A stretch of DNA of 27,875 nt. Source: an uncultured Erysipelotrichaceae bacterium. GTDB taxonomy: Bacteria > Bacillota_I > Bacilli_A > Erysipelotrichales > Erysipelotrichaceae. The position numbers and the translations under genes are program-made. How positions within the stretch are numbered: position 1 is the first letter of the stretch; each line of letters starts with the position of its first letter. The stretch is from assembly GCA_964457525.1 (NCBI GenBank), contig CAYWGS010000010.1, positions 1-27,875 on the forward strand. The letters are read 5' to 3'. Below, piece after piece: positions 24,286 to 27,875 of the stretch. The notes under the pieces were generated by a model. That model saw only the letters and a program-made list of their open reading frames with translations. It did not search any database and was not told where the DNA came from.

Positions 24286-24477
24286 ATGGGAGATTTCATT
24301 GTATTATCAACAATCATACTTATCCTAGGATTAGCGTTTCGATATCTCTACCAACAACAGAAACTCGCAAAGAAGTTGTGTAAGAGTGTTTCCTGCTTGG
24401 GTTGTGCTAAACTAACTGAGGGTTGTGGAGAAGCTCGAGATATTGTGTCTGAATTAAGAAAAGAGTACCATAAATAG
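24286..24477 (+). CDS. Small Cys-rich single-TM protein (FeoB-associated Cys-rich membrane protein-like)
   Basis: 63 aa. N-terminal TM FIVLSTIILILGLAFRYLY, then CKSVSCLGCAKLTEGCG. AAGGAGG lies 5 nt upstream of ATG 24286. Confidence 0.5.
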   Translation: MGDFIVLSTIILILGLAFRYLYQQQKLAKKLCKSVSCLGCAKLTEGCGEARDIVSELRKEYHK

Positions 24478-24500
24478 GAAGCCAAGGCTTCCTTTTGTTT
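24477..24500 (+). terminator. Rho-independent terminator
   Basis: GGAAGC / GCTTCC stem, loop CAAG, then TTTTGTTT. Confidence 0.65.
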
Positions 24501-24526
24501 AGTATAATAAGATAAAGAGGTGGAAT

Positions 24527-25429
24527 ATGGACGCAAAACAAAAAGCATTAAGAATGATTTGGAACCAGATTGCTAAAGAAGATGAAAACTATTACCGAAG
24601 TGCACAAATGCCAAGTGGATCTGTTTTAAGTTTAGATCATGCTTATCATGTAGATAATGATCCAATGCATCGCTGTGATATCGCACGTCCTGAGAATCAT
24701 AAAGGTAAGTTACCGGTTATATTACACATTCACGGGGGTGGTTGGGTATATGGACATAAGGATAGTTATTACCGCTACTATGCGATGGAAATGTCAAAGT
24801 ATGGTTATGCAGTCGTCACAATCAATTATCGTTTAGCCTTTGAACATCCTTTCCCATCGATGGTAGAAGATATCTTCTCTGCACTCGCATGGATTGAAAA
24901 GAATGCAGAAGTAGAAGAGTTTGATATCAATCGAGTATATCTTGTTGGTGATTCTGCAGGAGCACATCTCTCTGCACTAACATCAATTATTCATAAGAAT
25001 CCTACCCTTTTAGAACAATACAATTTAAAACAAACGAAGTGTAATATTCTTGCCTGTGGATTAAGTTGTGGAGTCTATGATTTTGATCGACTTGTTCATG
25101 GTGATAATCCAATGCCATTAAGAGATACCTTGATGGAAACCATCTTTAATCGTAAGGATTTCGAGAATCATCCTTTATATAAGTTATCATCCGTTTCTTA
25201 TTTAATGGATCATGATTTTACCCCATCCTATATCATTAGTTCTGAAGCGGATTCGCTCTATAATGAAACGAAGTTATTGATTGATGATTGTATGAAATAT
25301 CATGTGAATTTCCGTTTCCATATTTTCCCTGAATCACTTCAATTACCGCATGTATTTAACTTGAAATCCATTTATCCTGAGTCGAAAATTGTCATGGATG
25401 AAATGTTTGCCTTCTTTAATTCGTTTTGA
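24527..25429 (+). CDS. Alpha/beta hydrolase (esterase/lipase, Abhydrolase_3-like)
   Basis: Oxyanion motif HIHGGGW and nucleophile elbow GDSAGAH, 300 aa. Confidence 0.8.
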   Translation: MDAKQKALRMIWNQIAKEDENYYRSAQMPSGSVLSLDHAYHVDNDPMHRCDIARPENHKGKLPVILHIHGGGWVYGHKDSYYRYYAMEMSKYGYAVVTINYRLAFEHPFPSMVEDIFSALAWIEKNAEVEEFDINRVYLVGDSAGAHLSALTSIIHKNPTLLEQYNLKQTKCNILACGLSCGVYDFDRLVHGDNPMPLRDTLMETIFNRKDFENHPLYKLSSVSYLMDHDFTPSYIISSEADSLYNETKLLIDDCMKYHVNFRFHIFPESLQLPHVFNLKSIYPESKIVMDEMFAFFNSF

Positions 25430-25431
25430 TA

Positions 25432-25460
25432 TTGAAATAAAATGTGTCGCGTGATAAACT
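25432..25460 (+). promoter_or_regulatory. Candidate promoter of the tRNA cluster
   Basis: TTGAAA-N17-TAAACT, ending 16 nt before the first tRNA. Confidence 0.45.
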
Positions 25461-25475
25461 AAAAACGCACACTTT

Positions 25476-25551
25476 GGACGCTTAGCTCAGTTGGGAGAGC
25501 ACCTGCTTGACGTGCAGGGGGTCAGGGGTTCGAGTCCCTTAGCGTCCACCA
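25476..25551 (+). tRNA. tRNA-Val (anticodon GAC)
   Basis: Hand-folded cloverleaf: acceptor GGACGCT/AGCGTCC, D arm GCTC..GAGC, anticodon stem CCTGC/GCAGG with loop TTGACGT, T arm AGGGG-TTCGAGT-CCCTT, encoded CCA. 76 nt. Confidence 0.85.
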
Positions 25552-25556
25552 TTGAT

Positions 25557-25633
25557 GTGCCCGTGGCGCAATTGGATAGCGCATTTGATTCCGATTCAAA
25601 AGGCTGCAGGTTCAAGTCCTGTCGGGCGCGCCA
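25557..25633 (+). tRNA. tRNA-Arg (anticodon CCG)
   Basis: Acceptor GTGCCCG/CGGGCGC (one G-U pair), D arm GCGC-AATTGGATA-GCGC, anticodon stem TTTGA/TCAAA with loop TTCCGAT, T loop TTCAAGT, encoded CCA. 77 nt. Confidence 0.85.
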
Positions 25634-25661
25634 TTGCATTTTGAATTAGGATATTCCAGAT

Positions 25662-25737
25662 GGGGCTGTAGCTCAGCTGGAAGAGCACAACGCTGGCAGC
25701 GTTGGGGTCGAGGGTTCGAGTCCCTTCAGCTCCACCA
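25662..25737 (+). tRNA. tRNA-Ala (anticodon GGC)
   Basis: Acceptor GGGGCTG/CAGCTCC with the G3:U70 alanine identity pair, anticodon loop CTGGCAG, T arm GAGGG-TTCGAGT-CCCTT, encoded CCA. 76 nt. Confidence 0.9.
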
Positions 25738-25752
25738 TATGATCATTCTTGG

Positions 25753-25775
25753 GTATTCCGAAAGGATACTTTTTT
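25753..25775 (+). terminator. Terminator after the tRNA cluster
   Basis: GTAT(T)CC / GGATAC stem with one bulge, a GAAA tetraloop and a T6 run. Confidence 0.55.
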
Positions 25776-25819
25776 ATTTATTTCTAAAGGCTTATAATAC
25801 GAATAATGAGGATTGATCT

Positions 25820-26254
25820 ATGAATAAAATAACCTGTATTTGCTTAGGTGTTCGGAATATGACGCAATCGATCCATTTCTATCGTGATAAGCTTGGGTTT
25901 AAGACGGATGAGACAAGCGATAATCCACCTGTCATTTTTTTTAATACCCCAGGAACAAAGTTCGAGTTATTTCCACTAGAAGGTTTAGCACAAGATATTT
26001 CTCATGATAATCCACCTAAGATAAATAGTGGTTTTGCGGGGATAACACTCGCGTACAATGTTAAGAATAAAGAAGAAGTGAATCAAGTAATAGATGTGGT
26101 AAGAAGCTCTGGTGGAACCATCGTAAAAGAACCACAAGATGTTTTCTGGGGTGGATATCATGCCTATTTTACAGATCTTGATGGGTATTATTGGGAAGTC
26201 GCATGGGGACCAAATTTCAAATATGATGAGAATGAAATGTTAGATTTTAATTAG
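25820..26254 (+). CDS. VOC family protein (glyoxalase/bleomycin-resistance/dioxygenase fold)
   Basis: 144 aa. ICLGVRNMTQSIHFYRDKLGF ... HAYFTDLDGYYWEV is the typical VOC pattern. GAGGA RBS. Confidence 0.75.
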   Translation: MNKITCICLGVRNMTQSIHFYRDKLGFKTDETSDNPPVIFFNTPGTKFELFPLEGLAQDISHDNPPKINSGFAGITLAYNVKNKEEVNQVIDVVRSSGGTIVKEPQDVFWGGYHAYFTDLDGYYWEVAWGPNFKYDENEMLDFN

Positions 26255-26263
26255 AAGGACATT

Positions 26264-27433
26264 ATGATAAAAACAATTATTAAACGCTTTGTGAAGGAAG
26301 ATATCCATACGAATGATGGACGAGCAGAAGTCATTCGATTATCGGGAATATTAGGTATTCTATGCAATACGATGATATTCAGTTTTAAGTTGGGTTTGGG
26401 ATTATGGGTTAATAGTATTGCGATTATATCGGATGCGTTTAATAATCTATCGGATATTGGATCATCTCTCGTTTCGATTATTACCGCTAAACTCTCCAAT
26501 CTACCACCCGATGATGAACATCCCCATGGTCATGGTCGATACGAGTATATCGGATCATTGGTTGTGGCATATATTATTGGGACGGTTGGCTTTGAGCTCC
26601 TTAAACAATCCTATAGTAAGATACTAAATCCAACACCGGTTATATTTAGTGTTTGGGTGTTTGTTATTTTGGGTATAAACTTATTGATAAAATTATGGAT
26701 GTATCGTTATAACATGGTTATCTATAAATTAATTAATTCAAATTTAAACAAGGCAACTGCCTATGATAGTTTAAGTGATATGATTGGGACGAGCGCGATT
26801 ATGGTCGCAATGATTCTTGGAATCTATATTGATTTACCAATTGATGGATTTATGGGGATTATTATCGCTGGAATGATTATGTTAACAGGGTTTAATATCG
26901 CTAAAGAAACCGTTAGTATGTTAATTGGATCGGTTCCTGATATTGAAGTCCAACAAAAAATTCAAGAGATTGTGAACGCGGGTGACTATGTTATTGAATC
27001 ACATGACTTAAAGATTCATGATTATGGACCAGGACGTGTGAGTGCTTCAATCCATGTCGAAATCCCCGATTTTGTGAATATTGTAGATGCACATACGGCA
27101 GTGGATGAGTTAGAGAAGAAGATTAAGGATGAAACCAATGTGGATATTACCATTCATATTGATCCAATTTCAACCAATAAGGAAAAAGTCGATCACGTAC
27201 ACGGTCAAGTTCAAGATGTATTGAATGAAATCAATGATTACTATACAACCCATAACTTTAGACTTGCGGAAACTCAACATAAACTAATTGTCATCTTTGA
27301 CTTAATGGTTCCAAGTGATATTAATCCACATGACTATAGTGTAATTAAACATCAAGTGGAAGATAAACTGAGTGAGAATTATCCAAACTATGATGTTGTT
27401 ATTGATGATGTATACCCTGAAGAGAGAAAATAA
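26264..27433 (+). CDS. Cation diffusion facilitator (CDF) family metal efflux transporter with an extended C-terminus
   Basis: SDAFNNLSDIGSSLVSI...PPDDEHPHGHGRYE, 6 TM segments, a cytoplasmic domain, and an extra roughly 80-aa repeat-like extension. 389 aa. Confidence 0.85.
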   Translation: MIKTIIKRFVKEDIHTNDGRAEVIRLSGILGILCNTMIFSFKLGLGLWVNSIAIISDAFNNLSDIGSSLVSIITAKLSNLPPDDEHPHGHGRYEYIGSLVVAYIIGTVGFELLKQSYSKILNPTPVIFSVWVFVILGINLLIKLWMYRYNMVIYKLINSNLNKATAYDSLSDMIGTSAIMVAMILGIYIDLPIDGFMGIIIAGMIMLTGFNIAKETVSMLIGSVPDIEVQQKIQEIVNAGDYVIESHDLKIHDYGPGRVSASIHVEIPDFVNIVDAHTAVDELEKKIKDETNVDITIHIDPISTNKEKVDHVHGQVQDVLNEINDYYTTHNFRLAETQHKLIVIFDLMVPSDINPHDYSVIKHQVEDKLSENYPNYDVVIDDVYPEERK

Positions 27434-27447
27434 TTTCTCTTTTTTTC
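27423..27447 (+). terminator. AT-rich terminator-like hairpin
   Basis: AGAGAAA / TTTCTCT stem, loop ATAA (contains the stop codon), T7 run. Stem stability is low. Confidence 0.45.
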
Positions 27448-27492
27448 TTGACTTATATCGGTGAACGATATAATATAACGGTAGACGATATA
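27448..27492 (+). promoter_or_regulatory. PadR-gene promoter with two tandem 19-bp inverted repeats (operator candidates)
   Basis: TTGACT (27448..27453), with TATAAT at 27469..27474. Inverted repeats TATATCG-N5-CGATATA (27454..27472) and TATAACG-N5-CGATATA (27474..27492) sit 20 bp apart. Confidence 0.5.
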
Positions 27493-27506
27493 ACGGGAGA
27501 CTATAT

Positions 27507-27848
27507 ATGAGTGATATCACAAGTGGTGCTTTAACAGAAGCAGTCTATTACATTCTATTATCTTTAATTGAACCCTGTCATGGTTATGGAATCATGCAAC
27601 ATGTCGAGAAACTATCAGGGGGAAGAGTACGGCTTGCGGCTGGAACACTCTATGGCGCTATCAATAGTCTATTAGAGAAGAACTGGGTGCGAGCATTAGA
27701 TAATTCCAGTGATAGTCGTAAGAAGGATTATCAGATAACGACACTAGGTTTAAAAGCGTTGGATCTTGAAATACTTCGATTAAAAGAACTCTATGACAAT
27801 GGGATGATGATCTTAAAGGAGAAATCAAATGAAGAAAACGATCTATAA
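27507..27848 (+). CDS. PadR family transcriptional regulator
   Basis: AVYYILLSLIEPCHGYGIMQHVEKLSGGRVRLAAGTLYGAINSLLEKNWV is the PadR wHTH signature, 113 aa. GGGAGA RBS. Confidence 0.85.
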   Translation: MSDITSGALTEAVYYILLSLIEPCHGYGIMQHVEKLSGGRVRLAAGTLYGAINSLLEKNWVRALDNSSDSRKKDYQITTLGLKALDLEILRLKELYDNGMMILKEKSNEENDL

Positions 27849-27875
27849 ATTATTCTTTGCATGGCAATTTGATAA
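27829..27875 (+). CDS. 5' end of a DUF2812-like protein (typical PadR operon partner), truncated by the window edge
   Basis: ATG 27829 follows AAAGGAGA and overlaps the PadR gene end. MKKTIYKLFFAWQFD resembles DUF2812 N-termini. Only 15 codons are visible. Confidence 0.4.
   Translation, partial: MKKTIYKLFFAWQFD

Noticed and set aside
25634-25816. 60-aa ORF in the track
   Set aside because: It lies across tRNA-Ala and its terminator. The peptide is simply a translation of tRNA sequence, and there is no RBS.
1984-27520. Short nested or antisense ORFs in the track: 1984..2190, 8442..8633, 8529..8858, 9655..10119, 10348..10539, 11393..11575, 11556..11738, 11919..12179, 13310..13519, 15454..15708, 16101..16286, 18151..18333, 19210..19431, 20301..20546, 20809..21030, 22010..22195, 24348..24548, 26251..26499, 26418..26627, 27302..27520
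   Set aside because: Each lies inside or opposite a longer ORF that has clear family motifs. They have no SD sequences and their composition is low-complexity or mirror-image, typical of shadow ORFs.
25737-27875. Genomic island integrated at the tRNA-Ala 3' end (VOC, CDF, PadR genes)
   Set aside because: No integrase gene is present and no direct repeat of the tRNA 3' end is visible in the remaining 2.1 kb. The window ends too soon to judge.
1-27875. Alternative genetic code (TGA as Trp, Mollicutes-like), suggested by the low GC content
   Set aside because: TGA terminates well-supported genes at natural family C-termini, for example the ATPase at 8570..8572 and hydrolase 1 at 11594..11596, both with ATGA coupling to the next gene.
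1-27875. CRISPR arrays, toxin-antitoxin pairs, restriction-modification or other recognisable defence modules
   Set aside because: I saw no regularly spaced repeats. No gene has nuclease, methylase, Cas, abortive-infection or TA-like motifs that I could recognise by eye.

Overview
This is a low-GC, Firmicutes-like chromosomal segment using the standard genetic code (TGA and TAA both end well-supported genes). All product calls come from motif recognition by eye; no homology search was run.

Content from left to right:
- A SIS-domain gene fragment with an in-frame stop.
- Two overlapping GntR/HutC-type regulator paralogs.
- A minus-strand LacI-amidohydrolase-M20 operon.
- Diverging from it, a large nucleoside uptake and catabolism operon: BMP-family lipoprotein, double-NBD ATPase, two permeases, two IUNH nucleoside hydrolases, an MtaD/TrzA-family deaminase and ribokinase.
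- An ECF-type sigma factor with an RsgI-like anti-sigma protein, and a lipoprotein metallophosphoesterase.
- A YtrA-type GntR/ABC-2 exporter operon.
- An orphan PTS EIIA-Glc and a rhodanese lipoprotein.
- A RayT/IS200-like protein that lacks its catalytic residues.
- An AhpF homolog split into two genes in swapped order.
- A YdhF-like aldo-keto reductase, small membrane proteins and an alpha/beta hydrolase.
- A tRNA Val-Arg-Ala cluster.
- A VOC protein, a long CDF transporter, and a PadR/DUF2812-like pair.

The most interesting signals:
1. The hybrid sigma/RsgI-like module, with a bipartite DNA motif duplicated at identical spacing in front of both genes.
2. The unfused, order-swapped AhpF with CxxC motifs in both thioredoxin folds.
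3. The catalytically dead RayT-DnaA-C-like protein.
4. The nucleoside locus with paralogous deaminases and LacI/cre-like operators.
5. A recurring leaderless-mRNA signature (TGnTAnnnT placed 7-8 nt before SD-less ATGs).

No CRISPR array, intact mobile element or recognisable defence system was seen.
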